DNA from: Eledone cirrhosa
Lineage: Eukaryota
Length of the DNA stretch: 64,000 nt
Assembly: GCA_964016885.1 (NCBI GenBank)
Contig: OZ024761.1
Span: forward strand, 20,956,001-21,020,000
Direction of reading: 5' to 3'
Shown here: one piece after another, positions 1 to 12,589 of the stretch
Layout: the number at the start of each line of letters is the position of its first letter
Numbering within the stretch: the first letter of the stretch is position 1
Translations under genes and position numbers: made by a program
Notes under the pieces: generated by a model
Database searches by the model: none
What the model was told of the DNA's origin: nothing
Seen by the model: the letters and a program-made list of their open reading frames with translations, nothing else

Positions 1-155
1 GGTCGATTCTTCTCTCTCTATCTACATCTAACCTCCATTAAAATACCAGTCAAGTACTGGGGTCGATTCTTCTCTCTCTATCTACATCTAACCTCCATTA
101 AAATACCAGTCAAATACTGGGGTCGATTCTTCTCTCTCTATCTACATCTAACCCC
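1..155. repeat. 60-bp tandem repeat (about 2.6 copies, runs off the left edge) containing a SINE 3' segment
   Basis: Lines 1, 61 and 121 repeat with period 60. The unit contains taccagtcaagtactggggtcgat, as in the SINE copy at 12541-12564. Confidence 0.9.
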
Positions 156-382
156 CATTCTCTCCCTCTATATCTCTCCCTATCCTTCTCTCGAAGAAAT
201 CTGTTGTATTCAGACTTGGAGAGAGATCTTCTCTGCCAAGTTTTTTTTTAAAATTGCTTGAGAAACATTTTATGTCAATATGGCCTCCTAATGACTTCCT
301 CCGGGGTTCTGGGACCATGTATGTATATATCATTCACGCTGAATATAACTGGTTAAAACTAGTTACCAAAACAATGCTACTA

Positions 383-805
383 TTGGTGGTGGTTGCGTTG
401 GTGGTGGTTGTGTTGGTGGTGGTTGTGTTGGTGGTGGTTGCGTTGGTGGTGGTTGTGTTGGTGGTGGTTGTGTTGGTGGTGGTGTGGTGATGGTGGTGGT
501 TGCGTTGGTGGTGGTTGTGTTGGTGGTGGTTGCGTTGGTGGTGGTTGTGTTGGTGGTGGTTGTGTTGGTGGTGGTGGTGTGGTGATGGTGGTGGTTGTGT
601 TGGTGGTGGTTGTGTTGGTGGTGGTTGCGTTGGTGGTGGTTGCGTTGGTGGTGGTGTGTTGGTGGTGGTTGTGTTGGTGGTGGTTGTGTTGGTGGTGGTT
701 GTGTTGGTGGTGGTTGTGTTGGTGGTGGTTGTGTTGGTGGTGGTTGTGTTGGTGGTGGTTGCATTGGTGGTGGTGTGGTGGTGGTGGTGGTGTGGTGATG
801 GTGGT
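383..805. repeat. 15-bp GT-rich minisatellite (TTGGTGGTGGTTGYG)n
   Basis: Direct reading; translates as TQPPP repeats. Confidence 0.9.
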
Positions 806-1104
806 GAGTTAGTGTATCAATTATTCAAAATGGCTACAGTAACCAGTCTTGTTGTCTAAATCCTACCACTAAATTACTAGACAGGGTATCATGTGTTTCA
901 AAGTTGCTTCATTTTTCCATATTTCATATTTCATATGCATTTTCCCTCTTCCGCAACACATCTAAAACCGTTTCTATCTTTCTATGTAGAGTAACAAAGT
1001 ATTCGTGACTACAAAACTCCACTTTTATTCCTATTCAAATATATTCTGAAAGACTGCATTCATGATTAATTTCGACTTTGTATCAGATACATTATACACC
1101 AGCC

Positions 1105-1163
1105 TTTATATATACATATATGTGTATATATATGGATATATGGATATATATATGTACTCAGAC

Positions 1164-1233
<70 letters not shown>

Positions 1234-1546
1234 GGATATATATATGCACACATACATATATATATATATATATATACATATGGATATATATATGCACACA
1301 TACATATGTATATATATATATATACATATGGATATATATATGTACATATGGATATATATATGTACACAGACAAATGTATATATATATACATATGGATATA
1401 TATATATATATACACATACATATGGATATATATATACATATATATATATATATCAATATCATCATCATCATCATCATCGTTTAACGTCCATCTTCCACGC
1501 TTGCATGGATACACATACATATGGATATATATATATACATACATAT

Positions 1547-1587
<41 letters not shown>

Positions 1588-1720
1588 TACATATGTATAT
1601 ATATATAAAGAAGATTAACCAAAGACAAACATATATATAGGTATACATGTATGTATGTATGTGTATGTATGTATATATATATATATATATTATATATATA
1701 TATATATTTGTATATATATA
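1105..1720. repeat. (TA)n/(TATG)n compound microsatellite with an embedded RTE-type tail (1459-1510, minus)
   Basis: TA runs; catcatcgtttaacgtccatcttccacgcttgcatgg is the reverse complement of the (GAT)n-ended tail. Confidence 0.85.
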
Positions 1721-1917
1721 TAATACTTGCAGTAGTCCTATACAAATCTCTCAGATGTTTATCAGGAAATATAGCTTTTTTTTTCTTTCTCTTTATCTAC
1801 TGAAAAATGAATTCTCTTTGCTTCATGTTAACACCTAACATACTTTAAAATATGAACGACACCATAGCTTAGTGGCGATAGTGGTTGGTTCAGGATTGTG
1901 AGGCTGTGAGTTCCATT

Positions 1918-2185
1918 GTGGAGACTCAGCAGGCCTGTGCTTATCCAGGTTTTTTTGTGGTGGGAAGCGACTGAGAGTATACAATTCTCCCCTGGACAGG
2001 ATACCAGTCCATTGCAGGGTTAAGCTCCCCAGCTATTACTGGTACTCATTTTCAGCTGTGTATACTGGAGCAACGTAAAATTAATGGTTTTGCACAAGAA
2101 CACAACACACAACCTAGTCGAGGAGTGAAACCCATGATGTTATGAACATAAGTCCAACACCCTCACCACTAGGCCACATACTTCC
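1918..2185 (-). mobile_element. tRNA-derived SINE, CORE-like family A
   Basis: Minus strand has box A tggcctagtgg and a ttgtgttcttgtgcaa...gttgctccag core. It aligns by eye along its length with 6759-7045 (+). Confidence 0.8.
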
Positions 2186-2327
2186 ACTGTAGATACAACA
2201 TCTCACATAAAGATATGACTAAAGTTTCTAAATACTCAATTATAGATACAAGATCTTGTCTATCATGTTGAAACATGTTTTTAGTTTTTGGTCAACTTTA
2301 AATATTAAATCTAATGTACAGCTACCA

Positions 2328-2576
2328 TTGGTTGGCTGGTTGGTTGGTTGGTTGATTGGCTGGTTGGTTGGCTGGTTGGCTGGTTGGCTGGTTGGCTGGT
2401 TGGTTGGTTGGCTGGTTGGCTGGTTGGCTGGTTGGCTGGTTGGTTGGTTGGCTGGTTGGTTGGTTGGCTGGTTGGCTGGTTGGCTGGTTGGTTGGTTGGT
2501 TGGCTGGTTGGTTGGTTGGCTGGTTGGCTGGTTGGCTGGTTGGTTGGTTGGCTGGTTGGTTGGTTGATTGGTTGGT
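2328..2576. repeat. (GTTG/GCTG)n tetranucleotide microsatellite
   Basis: Direct reading. Confidence 0.95.
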
Positions 2577-2649
2577 AAAGACCACTAAACCACATGGGAG
2601 TCACTATATCATATATCATATATAGTATTGTATCATATCGTACCTTACC

Positions 2650-3064
2650 ATACTACACCACACCACACCACACTACACCGCACTACACCACACTACACCA
2701 CACTACACTACACCACACTACACCACACCACACTACACCACACTACACCACACTACACTACACCACACTACACCACACCACACTACACTACACTACACCA
2801 CACCACACTACACCACACCACACTACACTACACCACACCACACTACACCGCACTACACCACACTACACCACACTACACTACACCACACTACACCACACCA
2901 CACTACACCACACTACACCACACTACACCACACTACACCACACCACACTACACTACACTACACCACACTACACCACACTACACCACACTACACTACACTA
3001 CACCACACTACACTACACCACACTACACCACACTACACCACACTACACCACACCACACTACACC
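2650..3064. repeat. (CACTA/CACCA)n pentanucleotide microsatellite
   Basis: Direct reading. Confidence 0.95.
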
Positions 3065-3282
3065 GCGTCATCTTAAGTTTTACTGACTAATATTTCTTGA
3101 ATCATTTAATTGAAATTCATCTTTCAATTAATTTCAAGTTCCAACCATTCTTCTTAATTAAATTTCTCCAATTAATAAGTCAGACTTAATAAAGAAATAA
3201 CGACAACTAAACAGGGGTAAAGTTTCAATAACTAATTAAAATTTAATTGTTTATAATAAAATTATTTGTCAGCAGAATTTTA

Positions 3283-3543
3283 AAAGAAACAATGCAGTTT
3301 TTAATAAGAGTTGAAATTAATGGCATGCAAGATTTCACAGCTCTAGCATCACTCCTTGATAGGCTGACCAAGATACTCTCATGGAATGACCAAATAAGGT
3401 TTATTTTTCAACGTAGTCCCTGAAAAGAAACAGTGCAGTTATTATTAATAAGAAAAGTTGAAATTAATGACATACAAGATTTCACAGCTCTAGCATCACT
3501 CCTTCATATTTCAGTCGAGATCTCACTTCAACCGACCCTCGTA
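3283..3543. mobile_element. Tc1/mariner-derived remnant with an internal ~140-bp tandem duplication; related copy at 24465-24611
   Basis: Ends ttcaaccgaccctcgTA (mariner-type terminus plus TA) and contains ttatttttcaacgtagtccc. The block aaagaaacartgcag...catcactcctt occurs twice here and once near 24528-24607. Confidence 0.55.
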
Positions 3544-3551
3544 AGAGAGAT

Positions 3552-3760
3552 ATAGTAGTAGTAGTAGCAGCAGTAGGAGCAGCAGTAGTAGTAGCAGTAG
3601 TAGTAGTAGTAACAGCAGCAGTAGTAGCAGCAGCAGCAGTAGTAGCAGCAGTAGTAGTAGTAGCAGCAGTAGTAGTAGCACGAGCAGTAGTAGCAGTAGT
3701 AGTAGCAGCAGTAGTAGTAGCAGTAGTAGTAGTAGTAGTAACAGCAGCAGTAGTAGTAAG
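3552..3760. repeat. (TAG/CAG)n trinucleotide microsatellite
   Basis: Direct reading. Confidence 0.95.
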
Positions 3761-4062
3761 GAGACCAAGGAGGGGAATAAAAGCCAGTACAGCAGTAAAT
3801 AAGAGAAACTAGTAAGGGAGATGTTCCAGGGTTAAAATGTTGGCCATCTCATCCTTGACTTAGAAACTAAGGTGAAACAAGTTCAATTCTGGTTCTACTC
3901 AGATTTGACATTTCTTTTATTTTACTTATTTTATTTATCTATTTATTTTTTTTAATTCATTTTTTTTTATTTACACCTTTTTTATTTTTATTTATTTTTA
4001 TTTATTTTTATTTATTTTTATTTATTTATTATTTATTTTATTTTTTATTTATTTCTTTATGA

Positions 4063-4235
4063 GGTGAGTTTGTGAGTTCGATTCCCAGACCAGGTGATGC
4101 ATTATGTCCTTGAGCAAGACACTTTATTTCACGTTGCTCCTTCTACCTGGAGTTGCGACAGATAGATAGTATTATCAATTGGAAAGACCAACGGAAACAC
4201 TGTCTCCTTGGTCCGATTTGACGAAAGTCGACCGT
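4063..4235 (+). mobile_element. tRNA-derived SINE, CORE-like (subfamily shared with 7428-7630 minus)
   Basis: Box B gagttcgattccc, core tgtccttgagcaagacactttatttcac, and 3' aattggaaagaccaacggaaaca shared with the 7428-7630 reverse complement. Confidence 0.8.
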
Positions 4236-4359
4236 TCCTTTTTTTTATTTATATATATTTATTTAGATTTATGTAAAAGGTAAACAGAAATAACAACACA
4301 ATCAGTACAGTATATGGAAGGAATATATTAGTTTAACACTTGATATAGCAGGAAGAGGG

Positions 4360-4395
4360 TCTTAACGTTTCGGACGCTAGTCCTTCATCAGAAGA
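4360..4395 (-). ncRNA. Minimal type I hammerhead ribozyme (Penelope-type)
   Basis: Minus strand: TCTT CTGATGA A GGAC-TAGC-GTCC GAA ACGT T AAGA. Stem I TCTT/AAGA, stem II GGAC/GTCC, palindromic ACGT stem III, GUU cleavage triplet. Confidence 0.8.
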
Positions 4396-4685
4396 AAGGA
4401 TGAGAAATAAGATAGATTGAAGGGACAGGCGGGTTGGAATTGGAAAAAATGTCTTTTGCCCCTCCCTCCATTTTCTTGTTTCTATTCTGAGGTGAAGAAT
4501 TGGCTGAGTCTTTCTTCTGAGGTGTTGGAAGAGTCTAGAATGTTCTGCGACAGAATCCATTCCAGTTTCTCTCTTTTCTCTCTCTCAGTTCAACTCCTGC
4601 CGAGGTCAACTTTGCTTTTCAACCTTTTGAAGTTAAGATAAATACCAGTCAAATACTGGGGGAGAATTGGAGGAGGTTGATTCTT

Positions 4686-4895
4686 CCTCTCTCTCTCTCT
4701 CTCTCTCATGCTTTCACTCTGTTGGTTTCCCTCTCTCATGCTTTCACTCTCTCTCTCTCTCTCCCTCACTATCCCTCTCTCTCTCTCTCACTGCCACACT
4801 CTCTCTCTCTCTCACTATCTCTCTCTCTCTCTCATGTTCTCTCTCTCTCTCTCTCATGTTCTCTCTCTCTCTCTCTCTCTCACTATCTTTCACTA

Positions 4896-4926
<31 letters not shown>

Positions 4927-4990
4927 CTCTCTCATGTTCTCTCACTATCTCTCTCACTATCTCTCTCTCTCTCATGTTCTCTCTCTCTCA

Positions 4991-5025
<35 letters not shown>
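4686..5025. repeat. (CT)n compound microsatellite, preceded by a SINE family B fragment (4588-4680)
   Basis: Direct reading; ccgaggtcaactttgcttttc...ataccagtcaaatactggg lies upstream. Confidence 0.85.
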
Positions 5026-5527
5026 GCTCTGGGGATGGGTTCTATCAGGTTTAACAACAATTGCCCCAACACATGCTCTATGTTACTACAGCTGCCATCT
5101 TTGCAACTCCATCAAGAGTTACGGGGGGAGGGAGGTCTCTATATACCTCCTCCTGTCACTCTCTCTCTCCACCTCCCTCACAATCTCTACTCTACCCTAC
5201 CCCTCGCTCTTCCGATGTTTCTAATGTTTTCTTTGATCAGATGAAAACGAAACCTATCAGATGAACACACCTTATCAACCCCTCCCCCTCCACAAATCAA
5301 TGTATCTTATTGATCACTAACTATTTATGATACAGATTTCCTGCAACTTACACACCGTACCACATTACTGTCCTCTGTGGAACTGATATTTTATTTTATT
5401 TTATAAAAATCTGATTTTAAAATTAGAATATTTTGGGAGTGAAAAGGAAAAGATGGATATTTTTAGTGTTGGATCTTTTGAAGAATTCATAACTTCATTA
5501 TATACAGTATAACCCACCTCACCCTCC

Positions 5528-5990
5528 CTGTAAAGTGGTCATGTAGGTGTCACAACAAACAACACCCAGTCCACACTGTAAAGTGGTCATGTAGGTGTCA
5601 CAACAAACAACACCCAGTCCACACTGTAAAGTGGTCATGTAGGTGTCACAACAAACAACACCCAGCCCACACTGTAAAGTGGTCATGTAGGTGTCACAAC
5701 AAACAACACCCAGTCCACACTGTAAAGTGGTCATGTAGGTGTCACAACAAACAACACCCAGTCCACACTGTAAAGTGGTCATGTAGGTGTCACAACAAAC
5801 AACACCCAGTCCACACTGTAAAGTGGTTGGTGTTAGGAAGGTCATCCAGCTGTAGAAACCAAGCCAAAATCAGTTCTGTATGAGCAAGATATGGACACCT
5901 GACCCGGCGTTCCTCACAACAGGACAACTCGTCTAACCCATGCTAGCATGGACAAATGGGTGTAAAACGGTGATGATGATAATGATGATA
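5528..5990 (+). mobile_element. RTE-type 3'UTR/SINE tail with a 48-bp internal segment amplified 6 times (5528-5815)
   Basis: ctgtaaagtggt recurs at 5528, 5576, 5624, 5672, 5720, 5768 and 5816, then continues into ggtgttaggaagg...catgctagcatgg...gatgatg. Confidence 0.85.
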
Positions 5991-6366
5991 ATTATCATTA
6001 TTATTATTATTATTATCATCATTATCATATCATCATCATCATCATCAGTAACAGCTTCATGACCATTACCATCATCATCAACAACAACAACAACAGCTGC
6101 ACCACCACCACCACCACCTTTATCATCATCATCATTTCCCACATATTCCTGTGAAAGTCATGGGGTGGGAGGGTGGAACAGAGACTTCAAGTACCCCTTC
6201 CAGCAGGTCCTTTCCTTGCTTTACTACCACCCCAACCCCCTTTGTTTTGTTTTGTCACCTTTCCTTTCACAACATTGTATCTCTTCCCACACCTGCAGGT
6301 CACCTCCAATGTTACCTTTCCTTTCACAACGTTGTTATCCACCTTTGTGTCTCTTCCAACCTGCAG

Positions 6367-6537
6367 GTCAACTCCCGTGACTCCGGACAAGAGAATGGCA
6401 AAACAAATCTTTTCCTTGACATTCAAAAGGAAAAACTGCAAGAATCGTTTAAACAATTGGCAGAACTGGAAGAAAGTAACAAAGATCTCCAATCAGAGAT
6501 TTCAGTCCTTAAGGACTCTTCCAAGACGAAACAGCTG
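6367..6537 (+). CDS. Internal exon of a coiled-coil protein gene (VNSRDSGQ...KLQESFKQLAELEESNKDLQSEISVLKDSSKTKQL)
   Basis: Pyrimidine tract with ctgcag acceptor, CTG|gtgagt donor, 171 nt, phase 0-0, heptad E/K/L/Q composition. Confidence 0.85.
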
Positions 6538-6758
6538 GTGAGTCTTTAAAGCTTGCTCTCTCTGTCTGTCTCTCTCTCTCTCTCTCTCTCGGAGTTATAT
6601 TTCCATGGGATGCAACTGGAGAGTGAAACTGGCTGGCCAGGGGATATAAAATCAATAAGGTTTGATTGATAGATTTTTTTTTAAAAGGGTCATTTTTTTT
6701 TAAAGAAAGTTTTATGGGTAGTTTTTGTATTATAAAAACAAAATCATGGCTGGTTTGT

Positions 6759-7045
6759 GGGAGTGCGTGCCCTAATGGTAAGGGTGTTGGACTTGCAATC
6801 ATAATGTCATGGGTTTGATTGCTGGACTGGGTTGTGTGTTGTGTTCTTGAGCAATACACTTCACTTCCCGTTGCTCCAGTATACTCAGCTGTAAATGAGG
6901 ACCAGTAATAGCTGGGGTGATGGGTTTAATCTTGTGATGGACTGGAGTCCTATCCAGGGGGAGTCTTGTACTCTCAGTAGCTTCATGCCACAGAAGCTGG
7001 GATAAAGACTGGCCTAATGACCCCCAAGCTTGAGACAAGCTTTAG
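6759..7045 (+). mobile_element. tRNA-derived SINE, CORE-like family A, near full length
   Basis: tRNA-like head and gtgttcttgagcaatacacttcac core; matches the 1918-2185 reverse complement. Confidence 0.8.
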
Positions 7046-7124
7046 ATTTTATACCTGACTGTTCTAAAGAGAGCTGATATTAAAGAAAGGAGTTAGGGTA
7101 GTTTAGGGTTATAAAACTATCCCG

Positions 7125-7320
7125 GGGCGGTGGAGTGGCAGTATCGGTAGAGAGTTGGACACCATGCTTTCCAGCATAGTTACGTCTCTTTACGGTCTGA
7201 GTTCAAATCCTGCCGAGGCTAACTTTGCCTTTCATCCTTACGGGGTCGATAAAATAAAGTACCAGTAATGTACTGGGTAATTGCTGTCTTTGTGTCAAAA
7301 GTAGAAACAATTATAAAACT
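7125..7320 (+). mobile_element. tRNA-derived SINE family B (central domain reminiscent of Meta/Nin-type SINEs)
   Basis: Box A tggcagtatcgg, box B gagttcaaatcc, then gccgaggctaactttgcctttcatccttacggggtcgataaaataaagtaccag. Further copies near 11030-11265(-), 12410-12570, 16895-17075, 30085-30205 and 53122-53340. Confidence 0.8.
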
Positions 7321-7427
7321 ATCCCTGGTCTATGAAAGGCTGGTGTTAAATTGGTTAAAACTTGCTTAGCAGAGCAGAGCAGGACATTAAGAGATCAACA
7401 GTTGGTTGACTTGATCCCAGACCTCAT

Positions 7428-7630
7428 CAAATTGGACCGAGGAAACAATGTTTCCGTTGGTCTTTCCAATTGCTAATACTATCTACCATTTGCAAATCCA
7501 GACAGAAGGAGCAATGTGAAATAAAGTGTCTTGCCCAAGGACATAATACATGACTCGGTCCAGGAATTGAACTCACAACCTCACGATTGCAAATCCAATT
7601 CTCTAACCACTCAGCCATGTATCTTCACAG
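7428..7630 (-). mobile_element. tRNA-derived SINE, CORE-like
   Basis: Minus strand has tggctgagtggttagag...gagttcaattcc and the tgtccttgggcaagacacttt core. Confidence 0.8.
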
Positions 7631-8300
7631 ATTAGCTGTGATAAGTGATAGAAACACAAAGCAGTGTTCTTTACACAAGACAATAGACTTCGCTTGAGGG
7701 GGTTGTACAAAATAGCTGTTTCCATTTACCAAAGATGTCCGGAGTCTGTAGTGAAGGAATTAATGGAACTATTCTCTGTCAGGACTATGGACTCATCTCT
7801 GAAAATGATCAGAATAAATTGAAGAATCGAGATCATATATTGATTTCTAGATTGAAGAAAGGAGCCTCTGTATTGATTAACACAAATATATTCATTAATT
7901 ATGCAAATTGTATAGATTTCATCACCATCACCATAATCATCATCACCACCATCATCACCATCACCACCATCACCACCATCACCATCATCACCATCATCAC
8001 TACCATCACCATCACCATCACTACCATCACCACCATCATCACTACCATCACCATCATCATCACTACCATCACCATCATCACCATCACCACCATCACCACC
8101 ACCACCATCATCACCATCACCATCATCATTGTTTAATGTATGTTTTCTCTGCTTCCATCCATGGCTTAGACAGGTCACTGTTGGAGTCGAGACTGGTCAG
8201 GTGACCATATCTTGTTCTAGAAATGAATATTTCAAAATATAGGATTAAACCGTTGTATAGTCTTCTAGACAAGAGGACAATAAGATAAAGGGATCCCTAT

Positions 8301-8362
<62 letters not shown>

Positions 8363-8365
<3 letters not shown>

Positions 8366-8540
8366 CATCATCATCATCATCGTTTAATGTCTATCTTCCA
8401 TGCTAGCATGGGTTAGACGGGAATTATCCCACTTGAGGCAAGATTGATTGGGTGACTGTGTCTCACTCGTATAGGACTGTATGTGGCAGGTTTTCTACGG
8501 CTGGATGCCCTTCCTAACACCAACCACATTTACAGTGTTG
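8363..8540 (-). mobile_element. 5'-truncated RTE 3'UTR/SINE tail inserted in (TA)n
   Basis: (CAT)n cgtttaatgtctatcttccatgctagcatggg...ttcctaacaccaacc. Similar copies near 34965-35145, 36393-36650, 39762-39912, 49255-49580 and 59805-60028. Confidence 0.8.
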
Positions 8541-8589
8541 TTATATATATATATATAACGATATATATATATATATATCTTTAAGTTGT

Positions 8590-10123
8590 CACTGTCACCC
8601 CCACAGAGAAGGTAGACATTACATTAGTAAGACACTGTCACCCCCACAGAGAAGGTAGACATTACATTAGTAAGACACTGTCACCCCCACAGAGAAGGTA
8701 GACATTACATTAGTAAGACACTGTCACCCCCACAGAGAAGGTAGACATTACATTAGTAAGACCCTGTCACCCCCACAGAGAAGGTAGACATTACATTGGT
8801 AAGACACTGTCACCCCCACAGAGAAGGTAGACATTACATTAGTAAGACACTGTCACCCCCACAGAGAAGGTAGACATTACATTGGTAAGACACTGTCACC
8901 CCCACAGAGAAGGTAGACATTACATTAGTAAGGCACTGTCACCCCCACAGAGAAGGTAGACATTACATTGGTAAGACACTGTCACCCCCACAGAGAAGGT
9001 AGACATTACATTAGTAAGACACTGTCACCCCCACAGAGAAGGTAGACATTACATTAGTAAGACACTGTCACCCCCACAGAGAAGGTAGACATTACATTAG
9101 TAAGACACTGTCACCCCCACAGAGAAGGTAGACATTACATTAGTAAGACACTGTCACCCCCACAGAGAAGGTAGACATTACATTAGTAAGACACTGTCAC
9201 CCCCACAGAGAAGGTAGACATTACATTAGTAAGACACTGTCACCCCCACAGAGAAGGTAGACATTACATTGGTAAGACACTGTCACCCCCACAGAGAAGG
9301 TAGACATTACATTAGTAAGACACTGTCACCCCCACAGAGAAGGTAGACATTACATTAGTAAGACACTGTCACCCCCACAGAGAAGGTAGACATTACATTA
9401 GTAAGACACTGTCACCCCCACAGAGAAGGTAGACATTACATTAGTAAGACACTGTCACCACCACAGAGAAGGTAGACATTACATTAGTAAGACACTGTCA
9501 CCCCCACAGAGAAGGTAGACATTACATTAGTAAGACACTGTCACCCCCACAGAGAAGGTAGACATTACATTAGTAAGACCCTGTCACCCCCACAGAGAAG
9601 GTAGACATTACATTGGTAAGACACTGTCACCCCCACAGAGAAGGTAGACATTACATTAGTAAGACACTGTCACCCCCACAGAGAAGGTAGACATTACATT
9701 GGTAAGACACTGTCACCCCCACAGAGAAGGTAGACATTACATTAGTAAGGCACTGTCACCCCCACAGAGAAGGTAGACATTACATTGGTAAGACACTGTC
9801 ACCCCCACAGAGAAGGTAGACATTACATTAGTAAGACACTGTCACCCCCACAGAGAAGGTAGACATTACATTAGTAAGACACTGTCACCCCCACAGAGAA
9901 GGTAGACATTACATTAGTAAGACACTGTCACCCCCACAGAGAAGGTAGACATTACATTAGTAAGACACTGTCACCCCCACAGAGAAGGTAGACATTACAT
10001 TAGTAAGACACTGTCACCCCCACAGAGAAGGTAGACATTACATTGGTAAGACACTGTCACCCCCCCAGAGAAGGTAGACATTACATTGGTAAGACACTGT
10101 CACCCCCACAGAGAAGGTAGACA
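8590..10123. repeat. 43-bp minisatellite, about 36 near-identical copies
   Basis: Unit cactgtcacccccacagagaaggtagacattacattagtaaga, head-to-tail with no spacers. Confidence 0.95.
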
Positions 10124-10288
10124 GCAATATATTGATTCTATTCTATAAAAGACCAGAGAACCAGATTATTTCTGCCACAGATCTGTAATTTGATCAAACA
10201 TTATCACCTAATACATCTGGTCAACTAATTTGACCAGATGTCCACAAATAATCACTTTCTGTGTGTGTGTATATATATATATATGTGT

Positions 10289-10319
<31 letters not shown>

Positions 10320-10329
10320 ATTATTTATG

Positions 10330-10360
<31 letters not shown>

Positions 10361-10789
10361 CTGTGTGAGTATGTATGTATATATATGTTTGTGTGTGCGG
10401 CTTCAGGATGTAGATGTTTGTTGAAGTTGTTGCTGTTGTTGTTAGTAGTTGTGATGTTATTGTTGTTCTTGTTGTGGCCATACTTGTTGTTGTTGTTCTT
10501 GTAGTAGTTGTTGTTGTTGTAGTAGTAACAGTAGTAGTAGTAGTAACAGTAGTAGTAACAGTAGTAGTAGTTGTTGTTGTTGTTGTTCTTGTTATAGTAG
10601 TAGTAGTAGCAGCAGCAGCAGTAGTAGTAGTAGTAGTTGTTGTTGTTGTAGTAGTAACAGTAGTAGTAGTAGTAGTAGCAGTAGTAGTAGTTGTTGTTGT
10701 TGTTGTTGTAGTGTAGATTCAGGTCATATTTGATGGAGCTGAGCTGTAATCAAATCTGCTCCAGTGGCTGCAACACCAACTTTTTTACT

Positions 10790-10853
<64 letters not shown>

Positions 10854-11280
10854 TTGTGTGGGTGGTATGAGGGGTGGGAGGTGCAGGTAGGCAGACTCAG
10901 GTGTCTAATTGCTTCTCATTAGAGTGACCAATTAACTCTTAACATCCTGCAATGATTGAGCAGAAAATGTTTTAAGATGGGGTTTGTTAATCCAAATGTT
11001 TATAGTGTCTTCACTGACAGAACATTGTGAATATTTAATTGTTTCTGATTTAGGCACAAGACCAGCAATTTGGGGGGAGGGGAGAGTCAATTAAATCTAC
11101 CCCAGTGCATTACTGGTGCTGTATTTTATCAACCCTGTAAAGATGAAAGTCAAAAAGCTAACAGCAGTGGGATTTGAATTCAGAACGTAAATGGCCGTAA
11201 CTCTGTGCCGTGAAGCATGGTGTCCGATGCTCTACCGATTACTACCAATCCACTGCCATGATAATAATAATAATAATAAT

Positions 11281-12366
11281 TGTTTCTACTTTAGGCACAA
11301 GGCCAGCAATTACCCCAGTGTATTACTGGTACTTTATTTTATCGACCCCGTAAGGATGAAAGGCAAAGTCAACCTCGGCGGGATTTGAACTCAGATCGTA
11401 AAGGGCCATAACTATGCTGGAAAGCATGGCGTCCGACCCTCTAGCGATACTGCCAATCCACCACCCTAACATGGCGTCCGACCCTCTACCGATACTGCCA
11501 ATCCACTGCCCTAGCATGGTGTCCGACCCTCTACCGATACTGCCAATCCACCACCCTAACATGGCGTCCGACCCTCTACCGATACTGCCAATCCACCACC
11601 CTAGCATGGCGTCCAACCCTCTACCGATACTGCCAATGCACCACCCTAGCATGGCGTCCGACCCTCTACCGATACTGCCAATGCACCACCCTAGCATGGC
11701 GTCCGACCCTCTACCGATACTGCCAATCCACCACCCTAACATGGCGTCCGACCCTCTACCGATACTGCCAATCCACCACCCTAGCATGGCGTCCAACCCT
11801 CTACCGATACTGCCAATGCACCACCCTAGCATGGCGTCCGACCCTCTACCGATACTGCCAATGCACCACCCTAGCATGGCGTCCGACCCTCTACCGATAC
11901 TGCCAATCCACCACCCTAACATGGCGTCCGACCCTCTACCGATACTGCCAATCCACCACCCTAGCATGGCGTCCGACCCTCTACCGATACTGCCAATCCA
12001 CCACCCTAGCATGGCGTCCAACCCTCTACCGATACTGCCAATCCACCACCCTAGCATGGCGTCCAACCCTCTACCGATACTGACAATCCACCACCCTAGC
12101 ATGGCGTCCAACCCTCTACCGATACTGCCAATCCACCACCCTAGCATGGCGTCCAACCCTCTACCGATACTGACAATCCACCACCCTAGCATGGCGTCCA
12201 ACCCTCTACCGATACTGCCAATCCACCACCCTAGCATGGCGTCCAACCCTCTACCGATACTGACAATCCACCACCCTAGCATGGCGTCCAACCCTCTACC
12301 GATACTGCCAATCCACCACCCTAGCATGGCGTCCGACCCTCTACCGATACTGCCAATCCACCACCC
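11281..12366 (-). mobile_element. SINE family B whose 5' 45 bp (including Pol III box A) is tandemly amplified about 21 times
   Basis: SINE body at 11281-11425 (reverse complement of box B and central domain) is contiguous with an array of atggcgtccgaccctctaccgatactgccaatccaccaccctagc, the reverse complement of the SINE head. Confidence 0.85.
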
Positions 12367-12589
12367 TTTAATAATCCATCAACTTTAATATTTAATGTGA
12401 TGTAGTCATAGTTAAAGGTAAAGTCATTAGAATGTCAGATAGAATGCCTTGCAGTATTTGTTTCAGCCCTCTCATCTCTGAGTTCCAATCCCACCGAGGT
12501 CAACTTTACCTTTCATACTTTTGGGGTCAATAAAATAAAGTACCAGTCAAGTACTGGGGTCGATCCTGCCTCTATATCTCTTTCTCTAA

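Noticed and set aside
7735-7915. ORF MSGVCSEG... as an additional exon
   Set aside because: No convincing splice-site pair; it runs into a (CAT/CAC)n repeat.
8590-10123. CRISPR-like array
   Set aside because: Head-to-tail units with no unique spacers, no cas genes, and a eukaryotic context. The same applies to the other arrays.
11323-12388. 324/334-aa repeat proteins on both strands
   Set aside because: The 45-bp stop-free unit derives from a SINE head.
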